From Candidatus Latescibacterota bacterium (GTDB taxonomy: Bacteria > Latescibacterota > CBDEFO01), in NCBI GenBank assembly GCA_965248755.1, contig OZ252149.1:3616001-3680000 (forward strand): 64,000 bases of DNA. Direction: 5' to 3'. The translations under genes and the position numbers were made by a program. Below, piece after piece: positions 9,066 to 19,500 of the stretch; position 1 is the first letter of the stretch, and each line of letters starts with the position of its first letter. The notes under the pieces were generated by a model. The model did no database searches and was not told where the DNA came from. It saw nothing but the letters and a program-made list of their open reading frames with translations.

Positions 9066-9988
9066 TTATGAACTATCTAAAGTGTCCAATCTGTGATTGT
9101 GCTGCAAAACAGAAGGAACGTATAGTTGGGAAGTTTAAGCTTGGGAAGTTTAAGCATGAGAAGTTTAGGCTTGGGAAGTTTAAGCCAAGAGAGTTTTCGA
9201 TCTATCGGTGTTCTCACTGCCATTTTGCGTTTGTCGGCAACCCAATATTAGATTATGAACAGATCTACACAGAGGAATATTATCGCGGTCAAGGTGCTGA
9301 TCCGCTGGTGGATTATTACTTTGAGCTTGAACATCCAGAAGAAACGATCAGACAGTATGAATGGAGGGGCCTCGTCAGTGTGGTTCAAGATCTCATAACC
9401 GTTTCCCCACAAACGCGGTGGTTGGACTACGGATGTGGCAATGGAGGTCTTGTCAGGTACGTTCATCAGAAGAGATTAGCCGAAATCTATGGTTTTGACG
9501 AAGGCGAAATCGTTACCCGCTCAAAGGCCCTCGGTATTCCCTTGCTTGAGTCTGTTCAGCTTGAAAATATGAGCAAGAAGTTTGATATTGTTACGGCCAT
9601 TGAAGTATTAGAACATATTTCTGACCCCATCCAGATTCTCGAAAAAATCAGGCAGTTGATTAGACCCCAGGGACTATTCTTCTTCACTACAGGAAACGCC
9701 AGGCCCTTTCGGCACAAGATTACAAAGTGGTCCTATGTGATTCCCGAGATCCACACTAGCTATTATGAGCCAGAAACACTCTTTTATGCCCTGGAGAAGA
9801 CTGGATTCAAAGCCGAGTTTACCAGATGGCTGCCAGGTTGGTCGGACATCATTCGTTTCAAAATCCTTAAGAATCTGGGAATAAGGAGAAAAAATCTATT
9901 TGAAGCGGTGTTGCCATGGGGTTTACTGACGAAGCTGGCTGATCAGCGATATGGAGTAACGCATCATCCTATAGGGTGGGCGAAATAG
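9062..9988 (+). CDS. Class I SAM-dependent methyltransferase with N-terminal Zn-ribbon
   Basis: CPIC...CSHC; WLDYGCGNG; AIEVLEHI. Confidence 0.9.
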   Translation: MLMNYLKCPICDCAAKQKERIVGKFKLGKFKHEKFRLGKFKPREFSIYRCSHCHFAFVGNPILDYEQIYTEEYYRGQGADPLVDYYFELEHPEETIRQYEWRGLVSVVQDLITVSPQTRWLDYGCGNGGLVRYVHQKRLAEIYGFDEGEIVTRSKALGIPLLESVQLENMSKKFDIVTAIEVLEHISDPIQILEKIRQLIRPQGLFFFTTGNARPFRHKITKWSYVIPEIHTSYYEPETLFYALEKTGFKAEFTRWLPGWSDIIRFKILKNLGIRRKNLFEAVLPWGLLTKLADQRYGVTHHPIGWAK

Positions 9989-10201
9989 AGCATATCGAGG
10001 CGCTACAGTGGGAGGTCTCACAAGATTGTTGTCTTTCGTGTGGGTCAGCGTCTTAGACCCTTTCTTGGCCGGTGAGACTACTTCCTGAAGCGTTATGAAA
10101 TTAAATAGAAATTCAATTGGGATTGACACGAACTAAGATGGCAGCTTCAACTTCCGTTCGAAACGGACTTGTAGTCTAGCAAAACATACAGTGTAATTAG
10201 A

Positions 10202-12560
10202 ATGAATGAACCTTTAGTACAGTGGACGTTATTAAACAATTTCGAGTTCTTATCCAAATCATTGGATTTTAGAATTGCAAGGAAAAGAGGTCAGGAAATT
10301 ACAACTGATTTTGGGAGGATTGATTTTATTGTAGAAGATTTCAATACTAATCAGATGATTGTCGAATTGGAAACAGTTTTAAACCAGAAAAACAAATTAG
10401 AATACTGTTTTAAGCAGCTGATTAATTACAAAAATGTGCGTTTTACTGACCAAACAGAATATTGCCTATTATATGCCTCTGAAACTAATGCAAACTCAAG
10501 ACTTCGTATTCATAGGTTTGGTAAAGCTAATAATATTCTAATACGAACTTATTCCTTAAATGATATTAAGGGGCTTTACACATCAACTTTAGAAAGGCTA
10601 AGTCTGAGCTTTGGATTAGCTTTGCCGAAACCTAAAACTTACACAATCTCCTATTTAAGATGGTTAAATAAGATTCTAAAGCCGTTTGATGATTTCACTA
10701 AGGATAATCATACCGCTCCCCTTGACAGAGCGACAAATATTTCGCAAATTGGGGTTTGAGAAGGGAGGTCAAGGTGTCGAGCCCCGAAGTGAAAGATGGT
10801 AAGCGCTGGACGGCGACCCGTAAGGGAGAGATTGTGTTGGCTCTTTTGAGAGGAGCAGATCTATCTGAGGTGTGTCGTAAGAATGGAATTAGCCAGTCGC
10901 AGGCGTATGCTTGGCGTGATAGTTTCTTAGAAGGGGGCCAGGAGAGTCTGAAGTCTCGGCGTGGTCGCAAGGATCCGAAGGAGCGAGAGGTTAGCCGGTT
11001 GGAGCGCAAGGTAGGGCAGTTGACGCTCCAGTTGGAGATACTCGAAGAGGTAGCCCGTCTAAAAAAAACGAAGCGGTTGCCTTGAGTGGGCGGTTTTTGG
11101 GTCGAGGCTATTCCCGCAAGGTGGTAGCTTTGGCTTTGGGTTTGCATCGTTCGACTCTGTATAGGTTTAGGGATAGAGGTGTCAGTTCTTCTGTTAAAGA
11201 GCCTGTGATAGATGAGGAGCTTGCTTTTCGTATTCGAGGGATACTGGACCAAGAAGAGGCATTTGGTCACAGGCGGGTTTGGGCGCATCTTCGTTTCAAG
11301 GAAGGGGAATGTGTCAACGTTAAGAAGGTTCATAGGATAATGAAGCTTAAGGGGTGGCAGTGTAAGCTGTGGAATCGTCCCGGGAGAAAGGGGCCACAGG
11401 TTGCCCAGAAGCGTTCTGTGGTGGATAGTCCCGACAGTTTGTGGTCGAGTGACTTGACAAAGATTTACTGTGGAAAAGATGGTTGGTGTCCTCTTATTGC
11501 GGTGGTGGACAACGGAAGCCGGGAGGTTCCTGGGTATCGTTTTAGTCGAAAAGGGAGGGCACTGGAGGCCACAGATGCCCTGGATCGGGCCGTGATCTCT
11601 CGATACACTTCCAAGGAGGCTGTCCCCCAGGGTCTCACTTTGCGCTCTGACAATGGTTCCATCTTTTTGGCTCGGGCCTATTTGGCCAGTACCGAATATT
11701 GGGGAATTCGTCAGGAATACATACCAAGTGGTAAACCCGATTGGAACGGTGTTGTAGAGCGTTTTTTCAGGACCCTCAAGCAAGAGTGTGTTTGGCTTCA
11801 CAAGTTTGAATCCTTTGAACAGGCTGAGAAGATCATATCTCAGTGGATCGATAATTACAACAAGAACAGGCTTCATTCATCCCTGGGATATAAGACCCCA
11901 AAAGAGTGGAGAAAACAATTTTATCTACTACCCCAGGTTGCTTAATTGGTGTCGCTTTCCTGGGAAGCAGTACATAATTTGAATGTAAATGAAGTAGCTA
12001 AGTACTTCACTTCCCCAAAGTCAACGAATTTCAGTTGCTATTCTAGATTGGCATTAGATCTTGAAATGATTAGTAAAGAGACAAACTCTTATGTACTTAC
12101 ACAGAACGGCAGGGACTATGTCACTAATTTTAATCCTGAGATCCATGTTGCATCTAATCTCTCTTCAATTAATCTGACTAATGAGCAAAAGAAGGTTTTG
12201 TTGAGAGTAATCACAAATGGGAATTGGACTCTCCACAAGGTCAGCATCTACTGGTTTCTACGCTTTATGGAAGTTACAAATGGTGAATGGATACCTAATT
12301 TTAAAGAATTCGATGCATCCAAGCTTGATCTTGTCAATGGCTTGTTCGGGGTCAGTTACAAAATCAGAACCATGTATGAATTCTTAAAGTTTGTCTGCAA
12401 TTGGTGTTTAGAGTTGGGGTTAGTGGAGAGAATTAAGACAAATTCAACCTATGATAGAATCTACCTAACCCCACTAGGAATTGAAATAAATAATATTTTC
12501 AGTGTTGATCTACAATTGAAAAAGTCAAGGCTTAACCTAAACTTCACATATTTAGAATGA
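10202..12560 (+). pseudogene. PD-(D/E)XK (NucS-like) nuclease with putative winged-helix C-terminus, interrupted by IS
   Basis: GRIDFIVED...IVELET; removing IS 10709-11974 and one TAAT restores the frame FTKDN|LNVNEV; AT-rich. Confidence 0.75.
10709..11974 (+). mobile_element. IS3-family insertion sequence, intact copy (1266 bp, TSD TAAT)
   Basis: orfA 10756-11085 (HTH), orfB 11082-11945 (DDE/rve), A-run frameshift site, imperfect IRs, 4-bp TSD. Confidence 0.95.
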
Positions 12561-12841
12561 TGGACCGTGATGAATTGTTAGAAGACTACATTAGAGAGAA
12601 TTATGAGGTTTACGACAGATTCACTTTTGATTATGTCTTTAAGAGACTCTTAAAAGATGGTTATAGCCATGAAGAAGCCAAAGATGTCATACTGAATAGC
12701 TGTGCTTTGAGCGCCTTAGTTCTACAGAAGAGAATCCACAACGACTTCTATTTGGAAATCAATGAAGATGATGTGATTTCTGCTGATTTACTAGAATTAA
12801 GAAACGAAATTTATAGAAGACACTTCTCCAACAGAAATTAG
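12557..12841 (+). CDS. Hypothetical protein
   Basis: ORF overlapping the nuclease stop (ATGA), AT-rich. Confidence 0.6.
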   Translation: MMDRDELLEDYIRENYEVYDRFTFDYVFKRLLKDGYSHEEAKDVILNSCALSALVLQKRIHNDFYLEINEDDVISADLLELRNEIYRRHFSNRN

Positions 12842-12973
12842 CAAATTTAAATACCTTACTGTTCCCCGAGACGAAGCGACAGATATTTTCCAAAGTAAAG
12901 CGGGGCAAGCGTGTCGCTTTTGTTAAGCTTACATTTATTAAAAGACTTTAAGTGCTCAAAGGACAAAGTGGAA

Positions 12974-13269
12974 ATGGCTGCACAGTACGTCCTTAGCAAA
13001 TACATCGACCAGGCAAGAGGACAAGCTGTATACGATAAGCTCGAAGACGGCACATTCACAGGTCATATTCCTCCCTGCAAAGGGGTCGTAGCATTCGGAG
13101 TAACGTTGCGCAAGTGTGAGGATGAACTGCGATCCAGCTGGAGGATTGGATATTGGTAGGTCTCAAAATGGGGCATTCTCTGCCGGTGATTGGAGGTATT
13201 GATCTAAGGGTGGAACCGATAGGTGCATCGGTGGACACATGTAATTGTCACGCTACATATCAGAGGTAA
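12974..13269 (+). pseudogene. hicB: HicB-family antitoxin, frameshifted
   Basis: YDKLEDGTFTGHIPPCKGVVAFG...ELRS continues in another frame as LEDWILVGLKMGHSLPVIGGIDL. Confidence 0.75.
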
Positions 13270-14037
13270 ATGTTAGGCGACATATATTTCTTATCCGATG
13301 CTCACATAGGCCTCGAGGAGGAGAAGACCGAAGTCATCAAGCAGGAAAAGCTCATTTCCTTTATACGGGGTTTAAAGGGGAAAGCCGAGGTTCTCTACAT
13401 AGTGGGGGACCTCTTTGACTTTTGGTTTGAGTACAAGACCGTCGTGCCCAAAAGGGGACTTAAGGTCCTCTTTGAACTTGAAAGGCTGATCGAATCTGGA
13501 ACAAGGGTTGTGTATATAGCGGGAAATCACGATCTTTGGGGTGATACGAGTACCGTTGGTTCGTTCTTATCTGATGAAATAGGGATTGAGTTTAGCCCCG
13601 ATCCTGTAGACGTGTGCCATCACAGCTTGAAAATTCACATCGCTCACGGCGACGGTCTCTCCGGGAGTAGGGGAGACAGGCTCGTAAAATGGATACTCAA
13701 AAATCGCGCCTGCATCCGACTCTTTAGACTGCTCCATCCCGATCTTGGGAACCTGGTGGCCAAGCTTGTGTCAAAAACCAGCAGAGACTCACGCCCCCCG
13801 ACCCCCGATTTAATCGGAGGGGGGGCAATGGGAGGCTGGAACGACTTCAAGGAAATCTATGTCCAAGCGGCAGAGGACAGACTTCAAGAGGGCTTTGATG
13901 TAGTAGTATTCGGGCACCTTCATATCCCCTTGGTGGAAGAGTTAGAATGCGGAACTTTGGTCATCTTAGGTGACTGGATAAGGCACTTTACCTACGGTAT
14001 TCTACAGGACGGAAAGATCAGCCTGAGGGAGGTATAA
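13270..14037 (+). CDS. lpxH: UDP-2,3-diacylglucosamine diphosphatase (metallophosphoesterase)
   Basis: SDAH, GDLFDFW, GNHD, HGD, GHLH motifs. Confidence 0.85.
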   Translation: MLGDIYFLSDAHIGLEEEKTEVIKQEKLISFIRGLKGKAEVLYIVGDLFDFWFEYKTVVPKRGLKVLFELERLIESGTRVVYIAGNHDLWGDTSTVGSFLSDEIGIEFSPDPVDVCHHSLKIHIAHGDGLSGSRGDRLVKWILKNRACIRLFRLLHPDLGNLVAKLVSKTSRDSRPPTPDLIGGGAMGGWNDFKEIYVQAAEDRLQEGFDVVVFGHLHIPLVEELECGTLVILGDWIRHFTYGILQDGKISLREV

Positions 14038-14432
14038 GTAACGCAGGGGTGAGATTCCCTCGCCAGGTAAACAGGGCACCAGCTACGATACCTTGAGTGC
14101 CCGATTGAATCTATCGGGGCTTCGGGGCGAGTGCTCCTCGCAATGACCAAAAACAACAGTCAACAACGACTGGAAGCCGTAGCCCCCGTGAATAACGCCC
14201 GAAGATTCGGTCCGGACTTTGACGATGCTTATCAATATGTTGCAGCTGAGAAATAGGATCTAACTATCGTCAGTTTTTACGGGCACTTTGATCGCACCGA
14301 AAGGGGGAGAAAGACCCCGCCGGAGCTTCTGACAGGGTAACAAGATGTAAGGGCTGCATAACTCGACCCCTGAGTTCAGATATGGGAGGTTCTGGCCTGT
14401 CCACCCCTGATTGAGTCTATCTCTAATTGAAC

Positions 14433-15416
14433 CTATCGGGGGATGCTTTCTACTGCCTTTTGCAGTGCCCTCATATCCTCAGGCATATCGGACGAGAAAG
14501 AAAGATGCCTCTTTGTCCTTGGGTGGACAAATCCTAAAGTCTGTGCGTGGAGGGCTTGACGAGGCATTAACTTGAGCAACCTTCGGGCGACAAGTTGAAA
14601 TTTGGAGGCGATCCCCTTTACCTTTTTCTCTCTGCCACCATAGAGGGGGTCTCCAAATATGGGGTGACCTATAAAGGAAAAGTGGACTCTTATCTGATGC
14701 GTCCTTCCCGTTTCAAGCTCAGCGGTGACTGAGGAGATAAAAGCGAACTCGTTTTCGATGTGGAACCTTGTGGCTGCGTATTTGGAGGAATCTGCCCCCA
14801 TCACAGACATCCTCGTCCGCTCTTTCCTGTGACGACCTATGGGAGCTTCGATCCTATTTGACTGATAGGAGCTTATCTTTCCCCACACAAATGTCCTGTA
14901 TTTCCTCGTGATGGATCTTTCTTTAAGCTGTTCTGAAAGGCAGATGTGGGCGCGGTCGTTCTTTGCCACCATCAAAAGACCTGATGTGTCCTTGTCCAGC
15001 CGGTGGACGATTCCGGGCCGCAGCACGCCATTTATGCCTGACAGGTCTCGGCAGTGGTATAAAAGGGCGTTGACCAGAGTGCCGGTGTAGAAACCTGAAG
15101 CAGGGTGTGTGATCATCCCTGCCGGTTTGTTGACTACAACGAGGTCTTCGTCCTCAAACAAAATATCCAGAGGGATTGCCTCTGGAGTCAGATCGTAGGC
15201 TGTGGGATCTGGGATCTCAACTGATATTATATCTTCGGGTTGTACAGCCCAACTGGGCTTTTTGATCTGAGCGTTATTTACCTCAACAGCTCCATCTTTG
15301 ATCAGTTTCTTGATTTGGGAGCGGGAAATGCTCAAATCGCTTTCTGACAGGAATACGTCAAGTCGTATCCCTCTGCACTGGTTCTTTGAGACTTGGAGCT
15401 CTGCTTTTTTCCCCAT
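14433..15416 (-). CDS. rluD: RluA/RluD-family pseudouridine synthase
   Basis: S4 domain; GIVHRLDKDTSG; TGRTHQIRVH. Confidence 0.93.
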   Translation of the reverse strand: MGKKAELQVSKNQCRGIRLDVFLSESDLSISRSQIKKLIKDGAVEVNNAQIKKPSWAVQPEDIISVEIPDPTAYDLTPEAIPLDILFEDEDLVVVNKPAGMITHPASGFYTGTLVNALLYHCRDLSGINGVLRPGIVHRLDKDTSGLLMVAKNDRAHICLSEQLKERSITRKYRTFVWGKISSYQSNRIEAPIGRHRKERTRMSVMGADSSKYAATRFHIENEFAFISSVTAELETGRTHQIRVHFSFIGHPIFGDPLYGGREKKVKGIASKFQLVARRLLKLMPRQALHAQTLGFVHPRTKRHLSFSSDMPEDMRALQKAVESIPR

Positions 15417-15891
15417 CCTCCACGTCCTTCCTTACAAAGTAAACGGCGGCCAGGAGGATAACACCCGCTGTGACCCACATATCGGCCATATTAAAGATGT
15501 ACCATCTTACATCGTTTATGCCTACATCCAGAAAGTCAATAACTTTTGAGAGTCTGATCCTGTCTATCAAATTGCCCAAGGCGCCGCCCAGGATCATAGC
15601 GAGCGCTATTTGGGTGGTGCCTCGATCCGTTGTGGGGCGCCATATCAGAAAACATACGAAGATTATGGCAAAGGCCGACAAGACGATGTGTACGGTATTT
15701 CCTCCAAGGGACAATCCGAAGGCGGCCCCCTCGTTATAGATGTAGGTGAGTTTGAAAAGGTCCCCGATGACGCTAATCGAATCACCGGGTCTCATATACT
15801 TTGAGACGATTACTTTGGACAGCTGATCCAAAATAAGCGTTGCCAAAAAGACCCAGAAAGCGTCTGATATATTTTCTGATTTTTCCCTCAT
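15358..15891 (-). CDS. lspA: Lipoprotein signal peptidase II
   Basis: NEGAAFG; GGALGNLIDR; FNMAD. Confidence 0.95.
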   Translation of the reverse strand: MREKSENISDAFWVFLATLILDQLSKVIVSKYMRPGDSISVIGDLFKLTYIYNEGAAFGLSLGGNTVHIVLSAFAIIFVCFLIWRPTTDRGTTQIALAMILGGALGNLIDRIRLSKVIDFLDVGINDVRWYIFNMADMWVTAGVILLAAVYFVRKDVEDGEKSRAPSLKEPVQRDTT

Positions 15892-16054
15892 GGCTAGTAG
15901 ATAGTAGATAGCGTGCAGTAGGCGAAGATTCGCGTGTATGCCCTACAATACGGATAAATCGGGCGGATCACTTCAGAGGTTATTTCCATCAGCCGCCCCA
16001 CTTCGTGGCTTGTTGCGAAATCTCCCTGTCCACTGATGATTGGGATTGCCCCTA

Positions 16055-16426
16055 CTATCTACTTTTTTCCTCCTCAGATTTGCACTTTATACACTTGGTG
16101 GTGTGAGGGACAACTTCGAGCCTGTCTTTGCCAATTTCCTGGCCGCATACTACACATGCTCCGAAGGTCCCCTCTTCTATCCGTTCGAGCGCCTGCTCCA
16201 AATGGTGCAGGTAGTTGCCGTCCAGCGACACGAAGTGCGAGGTCATTTCTTTTTTCATTGCATCTGTGCCCTGGTCAGCCATGTGCCAGGAATACGAAGA
16301 TTGGTCCGCTGAGGAGTCTCTGGCGTTTCTCTTTACGGAGTCTTCCATGGCTCCCAACTGTTCGGTTATTTCGTTCTTTCTGGCTATTAGGAGCTCTTTG
16401 AAGTGTTGCAGGTGTTTCTTGTTCAT
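16055..16426 (-). CDS. TraR/DksA C4-type zinc finger protein
   Basis: HMADQGTD; CVVC...CIKC. Confidence 0.9.
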   Translation of the reverse strand: MNKKHLQHFKELLIARKNEITEQLGAMEDSVKRNARDSSADQSSYSWHMADQGTDAMKKEMTSHFVSLDGNYLHHLEQALERIEEGTFGACVVCGQEIGKDRLEVVPHTTKCIKCKSEEEKSR

Positions 16427-16573
16427 AAAGACTGGGCGTAAAAACTGTCTGCTTTAGATGGCAGAGGGAATGCCCTTCCCCTTTCTGCTAATGTTGAATG
16501 GATAGTCAACAAATTGATAACGTACAGCCAATAGAGAGGATCTCTGTCCACTCTCTACTTGTTCTGTTAAAGA

Positions 16574-19500
16574 CTACAAGATGCGCTCTACAGAGATTAT
16601 TACGTCTTGCCCATTTACGTTTTCCTTTTGGACCGAATCCCCGCAAGGTGGGGCGCCCACCTCCTGTGGGGAGCCCACTCCGTGTTCGTCACAGGCTTCC
16701 AAATTTATGCACAGTGTCTCAGTCTTTATATAATCCCCAAAGTTTGCTATTGCACTTTTGAATTTGTCGCTTGATCTATATTTGATCTTTATTCTATCTG
16801 AGACCTCAAAGTCACAGGCTTTTCGCATATTCTGGACCTTGTGCACAAATTCCCTTGCAAATCCTTCAGAGATCAGTCCGTCCGAAAGTCTGGTGTCCAG
16901 GGCCACAAGGAAGCTCTGATCCTCAGCCACAGCCATGCCCTCCCTGGGGGAAATCTCCACCTCAGCTTCCTCGGGGGTTATAGTTATCTTTTCTCCCTCG
17001 ACTTCTATCTGTATATCCGAGCCCGATTTGAGCCTATCGACGGCATCAGAACCGTCCACACTTTCCAAAGCGGACTTTATTTTGGGCATTAAGTTTCCGT
17101 ATTTGGGACCCAGGGCGCTGAAGTTGGGCTTTATAGAGTAACGGACTAAATCCACCGGATCATCCAGGATCTTTATCTCTTTGACGTTGAGTTCGTCTTT
17201 GACGATCCCTTCTAAGTTACCGAGGCCGTCGGTTGTAGCTTCGTCTTTGAAGACGATCAGAAATTCGCTCAAAGGCTGTCTTATCTTCAGTTGGGTGTTA
17301 TTTCTGATAGATCTTCCGAGTCCCGTGACCCGGATCGCTGCTCTCATCTGGTCCATTAAATCTGCCTCTATCAGACTCTCGTCGGGCCTGGGGTATTCGC
17401 AGTGGTGGACGCTTTCGGGCATGTTCCCGTTATCAAAACGGACTGCCGACTGGTATATCTCCTCTGAGAGGAACGGGAGCACGGGGGCCAATATCTTTGA
17501 CAGGGTCGAGATGCACTCGTAGAGGGTGGTGTATGCGGCAAGTTTATCTGTGTCGTTTTCGCTCTTCCAGAATCTCCTCCTGCTCCTCCTGACGTACCAG
17601 TTCGAAAGCTCATCTGTAAAGTCCCGGGCGCCTCTGACCATGGAGGCTGTGTTGTAGTCATCCATGGACTTGACGGAGTCAAAGATCAAGAGGTTCAGCT
17701 TGGATATTATCCACCTGTCTAAAAGGTGCCTTTGGTCTACCGGGGGGGATTCCCTTTTCGGGTCGTATTTATCTAAATTGGCGTAAGTTATGAAGAACTT
17801 AACCGTGTTCCAGAGCGTCAGAAGTTCGCGTTTGGCATCGTCCCCTGCAGAGTAGCCGAAGTTGAGGTTTATGACCGGGTTTTGGAGGGAAAATATCCAT
17901 CTCATAATGTCCACGCCCATCTTTTCTGCGGCGTCTTTGAACCATATAGCATTGCCTTTGCTTTTGTGCATCTCCTCGCTGCGTTCGTCCCGCACCTGAG
18001 CGTGTCCGAGGACGGTCCTGAAGGGCTCTCTATTTTCCAGGACAGTGCTCATTGCCAGAAGGGAGTAGAACCAGTTTCTGAACTGTCCCGCAAACGATTC
18101 TGTTATGAAATCTGCGGGGAACCACCTGTCCCAGTATTCCCTGTCGCCTCTGTAGTTGAGCGTCGAGTAGGCAACTATTCCGGCGTCCAGCCAGGGGTTG
18201 CCCACGTCTTTTATGCGGGTGACCTTCTTTTTGCACTTTTTGCACTCTATTTTAACAGCGTCCACCCAGGGTCTGTGCGGGCTATTGCCCTCAAAATCCT
18301 CCCATCCTCCGACAGCCCTTTCCTCTAATTCCTCTTTTGAGCCAATTACGTCGAAGTGTCCGCATTCGCATTCGTATATTGGTAGAGCCAATCCCCAGTA
18401 CCTCTTTTTGGAGATGCACCAGTCGTGCATATTTTTGAGCCAATCCAGCTCCCTTTCCAGACCGAAGTCGGGTATCCATCTTATCTTTTTGGATACGTCC
18501 ATTATCTTGTATCTGAGCTCGTCCATATATATGAACCACTCATCTACGAGCCTGAACACGAGCTCGCTGTCGCATCTCCAGCACACAGGATAGCGGTGTG
18601 TGTAGTCCTCGACTTTGTAAAGAATGCCCCTCTTTTGCAGGTCTTCTATAATCTCCTCGCTGGCGTCCTGGGCGTTCTTGTCCACAAGCCAATCGAAGCC
18701 TTCGATGTAGTTTCCGAATTCGTCTAAGGGCGCTATGACCTCAAGGTCCTCTTCTTTGCTCAGAGCGAAGTCCTCTTTACCGCATCCGGGGGCAATGTGG
18801 ACGATGCCTGTGCCCTCAGTTTCGCTCACTTCATTCCATGCTATGACTCTGTGCTCTACTCCCTTCTGAGGGGGAAGGGCGTCGAAGGGGCCACTGTAGG
18901 TCAGACCTGAGAGTTTCCGTCCGGTCATCTCCTCGACGACCTTAAAGTCTCCATCTATGGAGGCATCCAATCTGCTTCTGGCAAGGTAGTAGTAATCGTC
19001 CCCCTGCTGTACCTTGACGTAAGTCATCTCAGGATGGACTGCGGCTGCGACGTTGGATGTGAGCGTCCAGGGCGTGGTTGTCCACAATAAAAGGTGTTCG
19101 TTCGGTCTATCCTTCAGTGTGAACTTGACGTATGGGCTCCTGTGGGCAATTTCCTTGTAACCTTCGGTGACGATTTCGTGCTCAGACAAGGCTGTGCCGC
19201 ACCTTGGGCACCAGGGCATCACGTCCGTGCCCTTGTATATCCATCCATTTTTGTGGCACTTTTTCAGGAAGTGCCATATGGAGTAGTTGTTCTCGTCTGA
19301 CATAGTGTAGTAGGAGTTGTCCCAGTCCATCCAGTAGCCCAGTCTTACCGATTCCTGCGTCTGTATAGCTGCATATTTTCGTACGCGCTCCTTGCACTTC
19401 TGGACGAATTCTGCGATGCCGTATTTTTCGATGTCCAGCTTGGAGTTGAAGCCGAGTTCCTTTTCGACTTCGACTTCGACCCACAGTCCCTGGCAGTCGA

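Noticed and set aside
10698..11876. Long antisense ORFs over the IS copies (also 43283-44482, 44719-46014, 40683-41420, 46547-47290)
   Set aside because: They are shadows of the transposase genes with no recognisable motifs.
13271..13278. GTTAGGC core site at the lpxH start
   Set aside because: No upstream attC or attI structure; lpxH is a housekeeping gene, so this is probably chance.
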